Assembly: GCA_002269645.1 (NCBI GenBank)
Contig: NIVC01000551.1
Coordinates: 546,171-587,392 of the forward strand
Source: Macrostomum lignano
Lineage: Eukaryota
Length of the DNA stretch: 41,222 nucleotides
Direction: 5' to 3'
A program made the translations under genes and the position numbers. Below are positions 23,840-35,960 of the stretch, piece after piece; the first letter of the stretch is position 1; the number at the start of each line of letters is the position of its first letter. The notes under the pieces were generated by a model that was not told the DNA's origin, ran no database searches, and saw only the letters and a list, made by a program, of their open reading frames with translations.

Positions 23840-24962
23840 ATGCCTACAAAATTGTAGATATTAACAAAACTTGAATTTTCTATTTTTGAGAACTTACTGC
23901 TTTGTTTTTGTGACAATGGCCAATTTTATATATAAGGCCTAGATACTATTTTTGAAAAGACTAAGACCTTAGGCTAAGCTAAGCCTAATTAAGGTTACTG
24001 AAATTTTTTTTGTAAAAACTAAGGCAAATAAAATTCATAGTCAAAAAATGTAAAAAAACTTCATATTACAAAGTTCTATAAAAATTGTTTTTAGAGTCAG
24101 AATTGGAAATATAAGCCTAGTATATAGGCCTTAAGTTAAAAATTAAATCAGAAAAACAATTATGAAATAATCAAATTTAGCACTATTAGTAAATTAATGA
24201 TATGATACCCTATAGACTTACACTTTATCTATATAATGAAGAATTATAATTACTTTGGTGAATCCCTTTGGTAACATCCATTCTAGTGACAGGTTACTTT
24301 GGTGCCAAATAAAGTATATAATATCAAATTTAAGCTAAAATAAATACTCTAGATTTAGTCTCTTATAATTTGATACCTTGTTTAAATGGTGATTCGACAT
24401 TTTGTTGAAAACCTTTTTGTCAAATAGTCATTTTGTCAGTTTGTAAAATAGTATATGCATAATTTCAAATATAAATTGAAGTAAATTAAATACTCTAGAT
24501 TAGTTGCATTGCATGTATGTTTAAATATGTCAGCATCAAAAAAGAAGTATACTGCTAGTTTAAAGTAAATTGTTTCTAAGAAAAGGCATATATATTTTAA
24601 TTTTTAACTTTCTTCCACACATAAAGGAAACATGCAATTAACTTTTTATACTTTCTTTTTTGAACAAGAAATGAACTTGTCAAAAGCAATAATTATTGAT
24701 TGCCAATTCAATTGATTTTTTTTATTGCCATTAATATTCTCATTTGTAGCTGTAGTTAGCTAGGCCCCTAGTCAGAATACTCATTAGTCATTGTTGCATG
24801 GTAAAATCTTAAAATAAAATAAACTCAGACAGAACATAAGCCTAGCTTCTAGAGTGCAATGCATTAGGCCTACTTGGTGAACCTAAATTATCTGTGGTCA
24901 CCAACTCTAACCAGAGCCATGGTTCAAAAGAATTTTTACTAGTGCATAAAGTTAGTAGCCCC

Positions 24963-25008
24963 CCTAGGGCCTAGGGTGGCCTAGGCCTAGGCTAGGGCCT
25001 AGGCCTAG
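24963..25008. repeat. Run of overlapping CCTAGG/GGCC palindromes
   Basis: cctagggcctagggtggcctaggcctaggctagggcctaggcctag. Confidence 0.7.
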
Positions 25009-26161
25009 TTGTCTTTCTGTTTCTGAGTTGCCTGCCATATCATACGTTTCTATAGTAGGGCCTAGATGACATTAGTGAAATACTGAAATGAGTTACGATG
25101 GGCCTAAGAAAAAGGCCCGGAAGAACGCTACTGAAATTCACCGTGCGCTAAGTTTTGTGTTTCATTAAGGACAGTTTCTCGTTTTTGTTCCTAAATAACC
25201 GTTAGTGAATGATTTATTGCTGAAAATTGGACTGTGTGTCGTTGTTGTTTCGTTACTATGTGAATAAATTTGACTTTCCTAACTGCTTCTAAAGGATATT
25301 TCCTTGAAAGGGCTAATTACTTTTGGAACAAATTAAATTGAATTATTTTTTACGCCAATTGATGCGAAGGAATGTCGTGAATTATTATTTACCTCAAATG
25401 ACGAATTTAAAAGAAAAAATAGTTCTTATTTATAACAACAGTTTCAGCATAGAAATACCGATAACATTTTTTCTAGCACTAGTATTTTAATCCTTGTAGA
25501 ATACACTTTAATAAGCATTTAAAGATATGCTCTGTATTTTTTACTATTTAAAAGGATATTATTTTTTTCCAGTCCCGGAGTTGCTTGAATTTTTTCAAAT
25601 CTTTCTTAGACAGGTTGTGTTTTTCACACTAAAGTCCCAACGAGTCTTATGCAAATTTTCTGTATAACACCTAAATAAAATGTGGAAAGTACAGTCTGGT
25701 TGCAATTTCGGCTTAAAAACGTTTGTGCTTAGCAGAAATGCCATTGGTGTTGGTCATGCAAGAGTTGCAGTAATTGACAATAGTTATGTCACTGGTATGT
25801 ATAAAAAATTATATATTGTTACAATATTCATATTGTTCTTTTTCTACATTATTTAATATCAGAAGCTTTGATTTTTTTCTAGTCTACTATATAAATGCTT
25901 TTAATTAGACCTACACAAATCTATTTACTGAATTTTGTGTTGTCTATTTGTCTGTCTATTTGTTGTTGAGTTTTTGAGAACTATCTGCCGCCATCCAGAC
26001 AATTTTTTTCAAATTACTTTTTAAAGTTTCTAGGCCTAATTTTTTGGGAATAAAAAATTGAATGGGAACCATAGTCCAGATCATGCTGGGTACATACCCA
26101 AACAAAAATAGAATAATAATAAATGCATGTTGAAAAAAAATAGTGCATGCCTTTGACTTAG

Positions 26162-26851
26162 CTGCAGGCCATACTCAGGAAGGTGGCCTGCACGCGGGAA
26201 TTTTCCCACGTGCACAAGCCACGCTAAAATTTTGGTGTGCAAAGTTGGCGTGCAAATAGGGGTCTTAAGCCACGCCTAAATTTTCAGCGTACAAGTTTTT
26301 TACTTGGCGTGTAACCTTGGCATGCAATTACAAACTGACAGTATATCAACAAGTCAGATATAGATGTATACACTATATATATACAATATATAAAGTTAAA
26401 CGTGAACAATTGAATTTTAATATTGATTAAACCAACTAGTTGAAGCTACAGCCAGGCCTACACTCTACAGCCTACATTAAAATTAAAATATCCAATAACT
26501 TTTAAACGCTCTTATTTTGTGACTCTTGTAGACTTTTAGTTTATTTGTTTCTTGAAATTTGAAGAAAAAGTTTTTGATACTCACTATGTTCTTTGTAGCA
26601 AATTTCCTTTTTTATATAAACTTTGTTTAACGTAAATAGAAAATCTATTTAAAAATAGTATCTAATATGGTTAATATTCAAATCACACGTACATGAGGCA
26701 TACATGATTTTTGGTATTCAAGATTTTTGGCGTGCAACAGAAACGTCATGTTAAGGGTTTTAAAAAATTGGCGTACATTGGCATGCACCAAGGATTTTTC
26801 CATAAATTGATTCCCGCGTGCACTTGCCACCTTCCTGACTATGGGCTGCAG
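26162..26851. mobile_element. MITE with TIRs of about 45 bp, 690 bp long
   Basis: ctgcaggccatactcaggaaggtggcc-tgcacgcgggaat versus the reverse complement of the right end, ctgcagcccatagtcaggaaggtggcaagtgcacgcgggaat. Internal TTGGCGTG repeats. TSD not resolved. Confidence 0.8.
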
Positions 26852-27472
26852 GGGGCATCTGGTGGATGCAGCGAGAAGGCAGAGGAGACTGCCCATTCCA
26901 CTAGCCCCTGGCGACCAATGACTTCCATCAAAGCGATGTCACTCAAGGGGACCCATTGTTCTTACCTATACCGCAGTCCTCACCAGTGGTAGGAAATAAC
27001 TCAGCTTGTCTTGTGTCCCTAAGGTACCAGGCGAGCAGCGGGATGTTCTCAGGGCTGCAAATGTTGGAGAAAACTAGGTTTGGCCCAAGGTAAGTGAGCC
27101 TGGCCCTAGTGAAGACTAGGCAGTAGCAGATAAAATGCTTGGCATTTTCATTGCCTAAGCAGCAGAAAGGGCACTGCTCTTCAAGAACTTGGCCCTAAAG
27201 GAAACGGTGGCTAAAGAAGTAGCCATGCCTGGAGAAGTCCATATTGACTATTTTGAGGTCTTTGCGATTGAGCCTAAGGAGGGCTCTACGCAAGAGAGGA
27301 GAGAGACAAGGGATAGCAGTATAGGATTGCCTATAATTCTGGTTGTCGTGCCATTTGCAGAGATGCTCGGAGTCAGTCCAGCGCTTAACATGGGAGTTGA
27401 TCAAGAAAGCAAGGATAGGGGCTGCTGGGCCCAGCCCCAGCAGTACGCTAGTGGAGCTAGCCTTAACCAGCC
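26852..27472 (-). mobile_element. Non-LTR retrotransposon (RNase H-bearing LINE), 3' segment
   Basis: Translates as RLVKASSTS...CKWHDNQNYRQSY...LLRLNRKDLKIVNMDFSRHG...EEQCPFCCLGNENAKHFICYC, the post-RNase H region with a CCHC knuckle. Contains stops. Confidence 0.8.
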
Positions 27473-27659
27473 TATACATGCCTAACATCTGTCTGAACCA
27501 GACAGGTGAAATGGCCACCAGCCAAGGTAAGTCGCAAAATCAAAAATGGGAAAAAACAAAAAAAATTAGAAGAATAAATAAAGGAGAGGAAAGAAAAAGA
27601 AAATAAAAAGAAAGAGGGGAAAGAGGAGAAAATAAAGAAAGAGAAAAAAAGTGAACAGA

Positions 27660-27965
27660 AGAACAAAGTCACAATTAAGAGGAACTAAGTTGCAATCGGG
27701 AAGAACTAAGTCACAATTAGAAGGAACTAAGTTGTAGTCAAGAGGAACTAAGTCGCAATCAAGAAAAACTAAGTTGCAATTGGAACTAAGTCGCAGACAG
27801 GAAGAACTAAGTCGCAATCGGGAGAAACTAAGTTGCAATTAGGAGGAACTAAGTCACAATCAACGGGAACTAAGTTGTAGACAGGAGGAACTAAGTTGCA
27901 ATTGGGAGGAACTAAGTCACAATCAACAGGAACTAAGTTGTAGACAAGAGGAACTAAGTTGCAAT
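27660..27965. repeat. Subterminal GGAACTAAGT(T/C)(G/A)CAAT repeats of the hAT element
   Basis: More than 10 copies at 15-20 bp spacing. One related copy (aaaactaagttgca) lies near the other end at 32099. Confidence 0.85.
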
Positions 27966-28120
27966 TTTCTCTTCTACCAGGAGCATCTGATGCCAAGTGA
28001 CTATTTAACTAGTTATTTATATAAATTTCCTATATAAAATTGCTCAATGGAAGACCATTAATGCAAATTTGTAGTAGATGCTCAATTTTGGCAGATGTTA
28101 ACTATGTTCTTCTATCATAT

Positions 28121-28480
28121 GTTGTAGCCTAGTAGGGGTTGTAGCCTAGTAGAGGTTGTAGCCTAGTGAGGGGTTGTAGCCTAGTGGTTAGGGCGTCGGA
28201 CTCATGACTTGAAGGTCGGGGGTTCAATTCCCGATCCCTCTGCAACAATTTGTGTCCTTGAGCAAGACACTTAACTCTGCGTTGCTTCAGTTTACCTAGC
28301 TGTAAAATGGGTACCAGCATTAGCTGGGGTAATTGAGGGTGTGTGTGGCGACCCCCCAGTCCTTGGACTGAACAGCCATACGCAGCCTTCAGATGCGCCG
28401 CGCAATAGCTGCGGCTGAGCTGTCGGTTGCACATCTGCTCATTGGGCAGGTGTAATCAATTATTATTATTATTATTATTA
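28121..28480 (+). mobile_element. tRNA-derived CORE-SINE (family A, copy 1) with an amplified head and (ATT)n tail
   Basis: A box TAGCCTAGTGG and B box GGTTCAATTCC. CORE-like tgtgtccttgagcaagacacttaac...cagtttacctagctgtaaaatggg. Possible TSD ATATGTT. Confidence 0.85.
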
Positions 28481-29052
28481 TATGTTTATAGATAGAAAAT
28501 CCTCGTTCTGCATCATCTGAAGAAATAGGCAAAGTTAGCACTACCTGAATTAGTTTTTTTTAATTCTAAGCATCTATTCAACTGTCTGTACTTCAAGAAA
28601 AAAGCCCAGAATGAAACAGGACTTTTAATCTTATAGGTGCAGAATTCATTCTTGTAAGCTATTAAGCTATGAATGAGTATTTGAAACTGGCTAGATATTG
28701 TCCTTGGCAACCACTTCTAATGCCCATGTGCTTGGCTTGAATGAGAATCAGAATCAGACGATACTATTTCCATTTAATCTTTAGCAGACAATTAAATGAA
28801 TTCCAAGGCATCTAGCTAGAGGAATAATCTTTGCACTGTATACAAAAACCCTTTCAAGAGTGTCTTCAGTAGGTAAAGCTTTGGGATCAAGAACATCAAA
28901 TATTGAGTATGTCTCCTCAGGAAAGTATCTCTGTAGTTGAGTAATAATATTGTCAATGATATTAGCTTGAATATCTTTCAGTGGTGGAAATTTATTTTTG
29001 GATATTTTGGCAGCACTTGTAAAAGAAGATGAAGCAGAACTTACATATGGGC

Positions 29053-29404
29053 GGGAGGGCATAGCCCAGTGGTAGCGCAGCTGCTCTGGTGTGCTAGCAA
29101 CCCAGGCTCGATTCCAAGTGCAGTCATATTAATTTGGGGCTAAATTGGAATCTCGGCTTGGCTCTGCTCGTGTAATTAATGGCCTTGAGAGCCAACCCCC
29201 CAAGGTGCAGTGAAGTGTACATGCCTAACAATAAAATAAAGTTAGGGCCACTGTACACTCTTGTGTGAGTGTGTGCCTGCGTACGTATCTGCGCGCTTGT
29301 GTGCCTGCTCAGGGGAGTTGGCAGAATGGGTAGTAATGCCTCTCGTCGGTTGTATGCCTACGTTGCTTAAAGTGCGCTAGTGTGCACACAAAACCGCCCT
29401 GCTG

Positions 29405-29436
<32 letters not shown>
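29053..29436 (+). mobile_element. tRNA-derived SINE (family B, copy 1) with a (CT)n tail
   Basis: A box TAGCCCAGTGG, B box GGCTCGATTCC, and a perfect 11-bp TSD TACATATGGGC (29042-29052, 29437-29447). Confidence 0.92.
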
Positions 29437-29439
<3 letters not shown>

Positions 29440-31124
29440 ATATGGGCAACCCCTAGTACCTGTAGCACAAACTGAGCAAGGTTGCCTTAGTTCAAAATTT
29501 TGAGTTGTCTTGTCCTATAAAGCATTGAAAGTTAGAGTGTGAGAGGTCATATGTCTGGCAGTGGGATCAGTACTCTTTCTCCTCGGTATGCCTTGTCACT
29601 ACTTGGCACTTGCAAGAGTTTAGGAATGCTGTTGTGCTTGGCCCATTTTCAGTTTTTAGTATTTTAGTATTTCCAATGAGTTTATTAAGTCATTGTGACA
29701 TTTTTGTAGGCCAATAAAAGTTGCTTGTATCTTCTAAAACTGCATAGATTGAAGTTAAAAAGAATTTAGCACATCCAAAATAAATATATGCAGAGCATAG
29801 TACCGAATATTCTGAAGAGTATTTAGAAAGCCAGTTGCTATAGCTTTGCTTTCATAAATAAATCCAGTGGAAGGTGACTTTATACTTTCTAAATTAGTTA
29901 CCAAAGTATAGTAGGACTTTCTAACAACTTCTAAAGCTGAGACTTATGATGCTACCCATCTAATCGGGTATATCTTTTTAAGGTTATAAAACACAGCATT
30001 TAAAGCCACTGATGTTTTAGCAAGAGAAGCATTACACTTTATAGTCATGACTTATGGCAAATTTTCGAAGGTATGATACATAGAAAGTTCCAATTTGTGT
30101 GCAGCACAATGGTGTTGGAAGTAATTGTTTCTTGCCCATAGTTTTAGCAAACTTGTAAGTCCAACTCGATTTCCTGTTATCACAGATGCTCTATTTGTTG
30201 TAATGCCCCATAGTCTTTGTGAAACAATTGTTGCAATATTATCTTGAGTAAATAAATCTTTTAGCATATCAAATATGCTTTGTCCTGTTTCTGTGACAGA
30301 CAGTTGCTTAAATCTATAGAAGTACATTATTGGTTTGCTCTTCTCAAGCATCCTGACATGCTGGCATGCTTATTTGAGAAGATCAATATGCGTGGGTTGT
30401 TGCATCTGCACCATGAATCTTAATTTCTGCATTCTGTACAGCTAGATCTCTATTAGAAGCAACAACCTCTGGATTTTGCACTGCCATTAACAGTCTCTCT
30501 CTGTGTGAGCTTGCTGAACATTGGGATGGTCGTGCTTCTAGTTCCCTTGAATGTGCTGCAGCTGCACCATCACCTGATCCCTGGGCTGCACTTAAAATTG
30601 CTAGTCAATTTTCTAATATCCAATGCACACTAGAACAATCATTCACTTCTCCAGGAGTTATACAACCAAGTTTCCATCATGTAAAGAGCAATGGCTTTTG
30701 CTCTTTAGCTGCAGAAAGGGGGCACCAGTTGATAGAATAGTCTTCATGGCCTTTTTCATCCCATTCACGTGCAGGACTCAGTATATAGTCAGGTATAAGT
30801 CTATCTTTAAGTGAAGTATATGACTCAAAGAATGTACACTGGTTGTTCTATATACCTCTTGCATAAATGATCATGTCGTGAGTTCTATGTTGAAATATAA
30901 TAGTCAAATCCTCATTGATTAGAATTCTATCAACAAATGTAGGTCACTTGTTAGATAGGTGCATCTTTGCTAGACATAACTTTGCAATGCTATTTAGGTA
31001 GTCTGCCATATCTTCATTTCTTGAATAGTCTTTCTGATACAGAAGCATGAGGGCCATAGGACTTTTGCCATTACCATTCCTCAATACATTCAGGTCATTT
31101 GGAAGTTGTTTACTTGCCAATTTG

Positions 31125-31408
31125 AAAAATTTGAAAATTGAAAATTGCAATGCCCCAGCTGGTGCTTCCTTAGACAGTAGTCCTGTTTTACCTGTATACC
31201 CAATTGCAAAGTCTGTGAAGTACATGTCTGCTGTATTTATTCTATCCTTTGATGCAATAACAAAAAATTTGAAAATTGAAAATTGCAATGCCCCAGCTGG
31301 TGCTTCCTTAGACAGTAGTCCTGTTTTACCTGTATACCTAATTGCAAAGTCTGTGAAGTACATGTCTGCTGTATTTATTCTATCCTTTGATGCAATAACA
31401 AAAAATTT
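31125..31408. repeat. 138-bp tandem duplication inside the hAT element
   Basis: Copies start at 31125 and 31263 and differ by about one base (cccaatt vs cctaatt). Confidence 0.95.
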
Positions 31409-32147
31409 GGTTTTTCCTTCATTGCAATGCAAAAAAGTCTATAGAAAAAGTAATGACTGGTTTTTTGAACTGTCAATGTAGGCTTTATCGAACATACAAG
31501 CTTTAATTCAACAAATTCCAAAAACTCTTGAGAGCCAAGATGGGGTCTATCAGTATTCAGCTCATTTATAACAAAAGTACACAATCTGTCTAGATTAGTC
31601 TAACAGTTTATTGAAGCACAGTAGAAACATAGGGCAAGTAGTGCAATTTTGCAAGAAAAGCTGTAGCTTATACCTCATTCTTACTTAGCTGGACCTGAAA
31701 TGCAAGTGACAAGTCTTTCTTTAGCTACAAAGGTTTACCAACTTGATTTTTGAAATTTTTTATCCAATGAAATGGATAAGGTTATAATTTGCAAGCAGCT
31801 TAGCAAAAGCAACACTTACCACTTCCACAAGTCAGTTACCAGTGCCTGTACTTTTTTTACTGAATGTAGTTTTGCTGCAGTTTGCCTTTAGCCTTATCTG
31901 GTTGCCTTAAACTAAAGCTTTCTGTTTGTTATCCAAAAAACCAGCCCACACGAGGCCTATATAAATATATGAGTGCACAAGTGTGCAGATACGAGTTAGT
32001 TTGCCAGACATATAGTACAAAATGTAAAGTGTAGCCTACAGGGTACAAGCTACCAGTCTTTCAGTGTGGTGGCAGATAGGTAAGTCGCAAATCTAGACAA
32101 AACTAAGTTGCATTGTACGGGTGAAATTTTGAGGTTGGGCATGTATG

Positions 32148-33030
32148 AGCCAGTATATCAGCACACTCATTGCCAAGGAAAACCATATGGCCCGGGATCC
32201 ATCTAAGCTCAACCTGGTTGCCTAGCGCAAGTCCGTTGAGCTGGGTGTTGTAGTCCAGGATGGACCTGGAGCTAGTGTTGCTGCAGCAGAGGGCCCAAAG
32301 GGCTGCTTGGCTGTCAAAGTGAAAAATAAATTTCTGACTGCTAAGCTGCCCTTAGCGCAGCTCTGCTGCACAGGAGCTGATGGCAAGCACCTTGCTCTGA
32401 AAAAAACTGGAGTTGAGCCTAGTGTGCTGGAAGTAGCTCCACACCACTTTTCCCTTGAAGAAGATGCAAGCTCCAAAGCCTGAAAGACCATGCCTCATAG
32501 AGCTGTCAGTGTAACAGTGGATTTCAGAGTTGCTCCAGCTGTCACTCGCCTTGTGTCAAGGCTGAATAGTGACCTTATACCTTTGGCTCAGGAGAAGAGT
32601 GGCTGGGATTGAGTCTGTGAGGATGTTGAGCCTGCCATACTCCTCGAGAGCCTTAAGGCAAAGGTCAGAGTGCAGGATAAGCGACCACTTCTTAAAGGCC
32701 AGCACTTTCTTGAAGGCCACCCCAGCATCTAGAAGATGCCCAAGTGCTCTTTGCCGCCTCTCCTTTGATGTAATTATCCAGAGGAGGGGCATAGAGAAAG
32801 GCATTCATGCCTTCAAAAGGAGTAGAGGGTGGAGTGCCCATAGTGATACAGCAGGCTCTGCCTTGGATTTTGTAATGAGTTTCAAGGTTGCTCTTGACGC
32901 TTAGGCTGCTGGCCCATATGAGGCTGGCATAACTGATTGAGGGGTGGATGATGACAGTGTAAATCTACCAGAAGGATTTGTTCTGGTGCGGGTATGCTGA
33001 TCAGGTATAACGCATGGCACACCTGCGCTA
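32148..33030 (-). mobile_element. Non-LTR retrotransposon, 5'-truncated segment (post-RT region and RNase H)
   Basis: IYTVIIHPSISYASLIW...KIQGRACCITMGTPPSTP...PPLDNYI, then CYTDSS...FQSKVLAI...FDSQAALWAL...VELRWIPGH...GNECADILA. This is an R1/I/Tad1-type RNase H with stops. Confidence 0.88.
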
Positions 33031-33968
33031 GAACAAATCCTATCAAAAATGTTTGATGGCGCCGTGTACCAGAACTATTCCTATCAAAAAAATTTGCTTG
33101 TACGGTATGCCATATTGTGGAAGGTATATTATATACCAAAAAAATTGGCATACAATAGTCTATAGTGAAGCAGTCAAACAAAAGTTTGTATATCAATTTT
33201 CAGCTATAAATAGTATTTGTAATAGATAAAAAACAAAGAAAATAAAAAAATATCAGCTAAAAAGGGGTCATTGATGCAACACAAAAAGGTCATTTTTTCA
33301 CATGCAAAAATATGTTTTATTGATGTAACACCAACCTAGATTTGAGAATAACTCAACTTTTTTTGGTGTGCATTTGTAATTATTTATTTTTTGTTTGAGT
33401 GTGTATTCAGCTTGATCTGGACTATAGAGTGACACAGCAATGATTTTGAAATGGCTTTTAAAGGGGGTTAAAGATGTGCCGCATTGGTGCAATATAGTGC
33501 TAGACAAAAACTTCTGACAAGACAATATTAAGATTATGATTTCACACTCTGAATCATATAGTATAGGCCCAAAATTGAAGCCATATACTTAGCTAAATTT
33601 TAGCTAATAGAATACAGAATATATATTGTATCATTTTATTGAAGCCTTGAAGCATTTTATTTATTCATGGATTAGCAAAGAGCTTGTTCAAGATTAAATG
33701 CATGAGCTGGTTATGAAAGGTTTGAAGCAAGGCCAAGCCACTTTGGTTGTCTGAATTGACTAAATCTTTTTAGTTGGCTGACAGTGTGTGTGTATGTACT
33801 ACTAGTATTAGTAGTTGCTTATGCTACCAATACTAATTGTATACTAGTATAGCAGTAATATGTTAGTTATATGTTTTTTATAGTTTTATATTGTTTTTAT
33901 ATGTATGCGACTTGGCCTAGGCCCCTACCTCTACCTGTATCCAAATTTGTACACATTCATCCACTCAG

Positions 33969-34776
33969 GTAAGCAGCAGCAATGCCAAGCTGTCCAGCTT
34001 CACCAGCCTCATCGGTGCAACAGCTCTGCAAGCCGTCTAACAGACTGCAAGCGTGGAAAAGGCGGTCGCAGCTCATTTAGCGGCATGGTTGCCACAGTGT
34101 TTGGCTGTTCCGGCTTCTTTGGCAAATACGTTGTCAATAGGCTGGGCAAAATGGGCTGCCAGGTGATCTGCCCGTACCGAGGCGATCCCTACGATGTAAA
34201 GGAGCTGAAACTGATGGGCGACCTGGGTCAGATCCTGTTCTTGCCCATCCACCTGGAGGACGAAGCCAGCCTGCGCAAGGCGATGCAATATTCCAACGTA
34301 GTTGTCAATCTAATTGGCAAAAACAATGAGACCAGAAATTTCTCATTTGAGGATGTGAACTACTTGGGTGCTCAGCGTATTGCTCGCCTAGCTAAGGAGA
34401 GCGGCGTTGAGAAGCTGCTGCACTTCAGCTCGTTGAACGCCTGTCCGAATCCAGCTGGTCACGTGCTGCCGGAGGGCTCCGAGTTCTTGCGCACCAAATT
34501 CAAAGGCGAAATGGCTGTTAGGGAAGAATTTCCCGAGGCTATCGTGTTCCGACCCGCCGATATGTTTGGCCAGTTGGATCACTTTCTGACTCTGTACGCT
34601 AGGCCTTATCGTCGGGTGGCCGGACTGGGCGGTGTCACCTACATACCACTGTACAAGAAAGGTCGGACCACTGTCAAGCAGCCGGTGTTTGCTAGCGATG
34701 TTGGTGACGGCGTGGTGAAAGCCCTGCTAGATCCCGGCTGTATGGGCAAGACCTTTGATATTGTTGGACCGCACAG
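33969..34776 (+). CDS. NDUFA9: NADH dehydrogenase (ubiquinone) 1 alpha subcomplex subunit 9, main exon (5' boundary inferred)
   Basis: KRGKGGRSSFSGMVATVFGCSGFFGKYVVNRLGKMGCQVICPYRGD...MGDLGQILF...VVVNLIG...FDIVGP is the NDUFA9 atypical SDR fold. Donor CACAG|gtgagt at 34777. Acceptor ccactcag| at 33968 is inferred. Confidence 0.93.
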
Positions 34777-34915
34777 GTGAGTGCTGATGGGATTAAAAAT
34801 TGATTAAAAACTGGGTAAACGGCAGGAGTAACTATAACTGTACTGCAATAGAAAAATGTCTTGTCATCTAGTTAGTCGTTTCGCTATCAGAGTTAGTTGT
34901 TTTCAAGTAAAATAA

Positions 34916-35205
34916 AAATAATTACACCTGCCCTATTGGGCAGATGTGCAACCGACAGCTCAGCCGCAGCTATTGCGCGGCGCATCTGAAGGCTGCGTAC
35001 GGCTGTTCAGTCCAAGGACTGGGGGGGCGTCGCCACACAGCCTCAATTACCCCAGCTAATGCTGGCACCCATTATACAGCTGGTGATTTTAAAACTGAAG
35101 CAATGCAGAGTTGAGTGTCTTGCTCAAGGACACAAATTGTTCCAAATAAGACAAGAATCGAACCCCCGACCTTTCATTCGTTAAGCACTAAGCCACAACC
35201 CCTCC
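34916..35205 (-). mobile_element. CORE-SINE family A, copy 2 (in the NDUFA9 intron)
   Basis: Reverse complement is colinear with 28175-28460, with a partly deleted tRNA head. Confidence 0.9.
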
Positions 35206-35609
35206 TGATCTAAAGTATATCCAATTTCATACTGTAGCATTTTTGGTTTTACTGCGTGTTGCTATAGTGCATCTGTACCGTAGGCTCCCTGAAGGTCTGC
35301 CTTCCCAACCCTGGTGCAGAGACAATCAGAATGTCAAGGGCAGCTCAGAAGTCAGCCGGAAGATGCTCAGAAATGACCAAGAAGCTCAGTGAACTAGGTG
35401 GTCATCACCAAGGGTTAATATGCTAGGCTATTATCCATCTTAATCAAAACTACAGACAGATACTAGAATCACTAGATGGGCCATTCAGCACATTTGCGTG
35501 TAAGCTACTTTCAATTCAGTAGTAAGTTAAACTGAAGCATTTTAATGTATTTTTAAGACACAAGGCTCATTTATTGGCTCTTACCCCCCCATTTATTATT
35601 TTTTTTATT

Positions 35610-35960
35610 AGAGGCAGGGGGCTGTGTGCACCCTGGCGCACTTTAAGCGACATAGGCACACAACCGGCGAGAGGCATTACTGCCCATTCCGCCGACTCCC
35701 CTGAGCAGGCATACAAGCGCGCGGATACGTACGCAGGCACACACTCACACAGGAGTGTACACCGGCCCTAGCTTTATATTATCGTTAGGCATGTACAATT
35801 CACTGCACCTTGGGGGGTTGGCTCTCAAGGCCGTTAATTGCACGAGCAGAGCCAAGCCGAGATTCCAATTCAGCCCCAAATTAATGTGACTGTACTTGGA
35901 ATCGAGCCTGGGTCGCTGGCACACCAGAGCAGCTGCGCTACCGCTGGGCTACGGCCCCCC
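35610..35960 (-). mobile_element. SINE family B, copy 2 (in the NDUFA9 intron)
   Basis: Reverse complement is colinear with 29053-29410; the (CT)n tail is absent. Confidence 0.9.

Larger units (their letters stand above)
28513..31432 (-). pseudogene. Fragmented hAT (ZNF862-like) transposase
   Basis: TETGQSIFDMLKDLF...GITTNRASVITGNRVGL...HCAAHKLEL at 30052-30351 matches the hAT TDGA..M.G...HC.AH.L.L motif with a decayed catalytic Asp. QLQRYFPEETYSIFDVLDP lies at about 28870-28950. Multiple stops and frameshifts. Confidence 0.8.
27473..32147 (-). mobile_element. 4675-bp hAT DNA transposon (defective autonomous copy) inserted in the LINE
   Basis: 14-bp imperfect TIRs TATACATGCCTAAC / GTTGGGCATGTATG and decayed 8-bp TSDs AACCAGCC / AGCCAGTA. 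Removing the element restores the LINE reading frame. Transposase remnants lie inside. Confidence 0.8.

Noticed and set aside
25088-25170. Short basic ORF MSYDGPKKKARKNATEIHRA
   Set aside because: Only 26 codons with no supporting domain. Possibly a transposase N-terminal scrap, but unsupported.
27505-32127. GGTGAAAT direct repeat as an alternative hAT TSD
   Set aside because: The enclosed ends are not inverted repeats and excision does not restore the LINE frame, whereas the 27473-32147 boundaries satisfy both tests.
33905-33968. ORF-track start of NDUFA9 at ATG 33905
   Set aside because: AT-rich, pyrimidine-rich sequence ending in a CAG acceptor; the peptide is unlike a mitochondrial presequence. 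Probably intronic.
28121-35960. tRNA genes at the A/B-box sites
   Set aside because: The heads continue into CORE or SINE bodies with simple-repeat tails and TSDs, so they are SINEs rather than tRNA genes.
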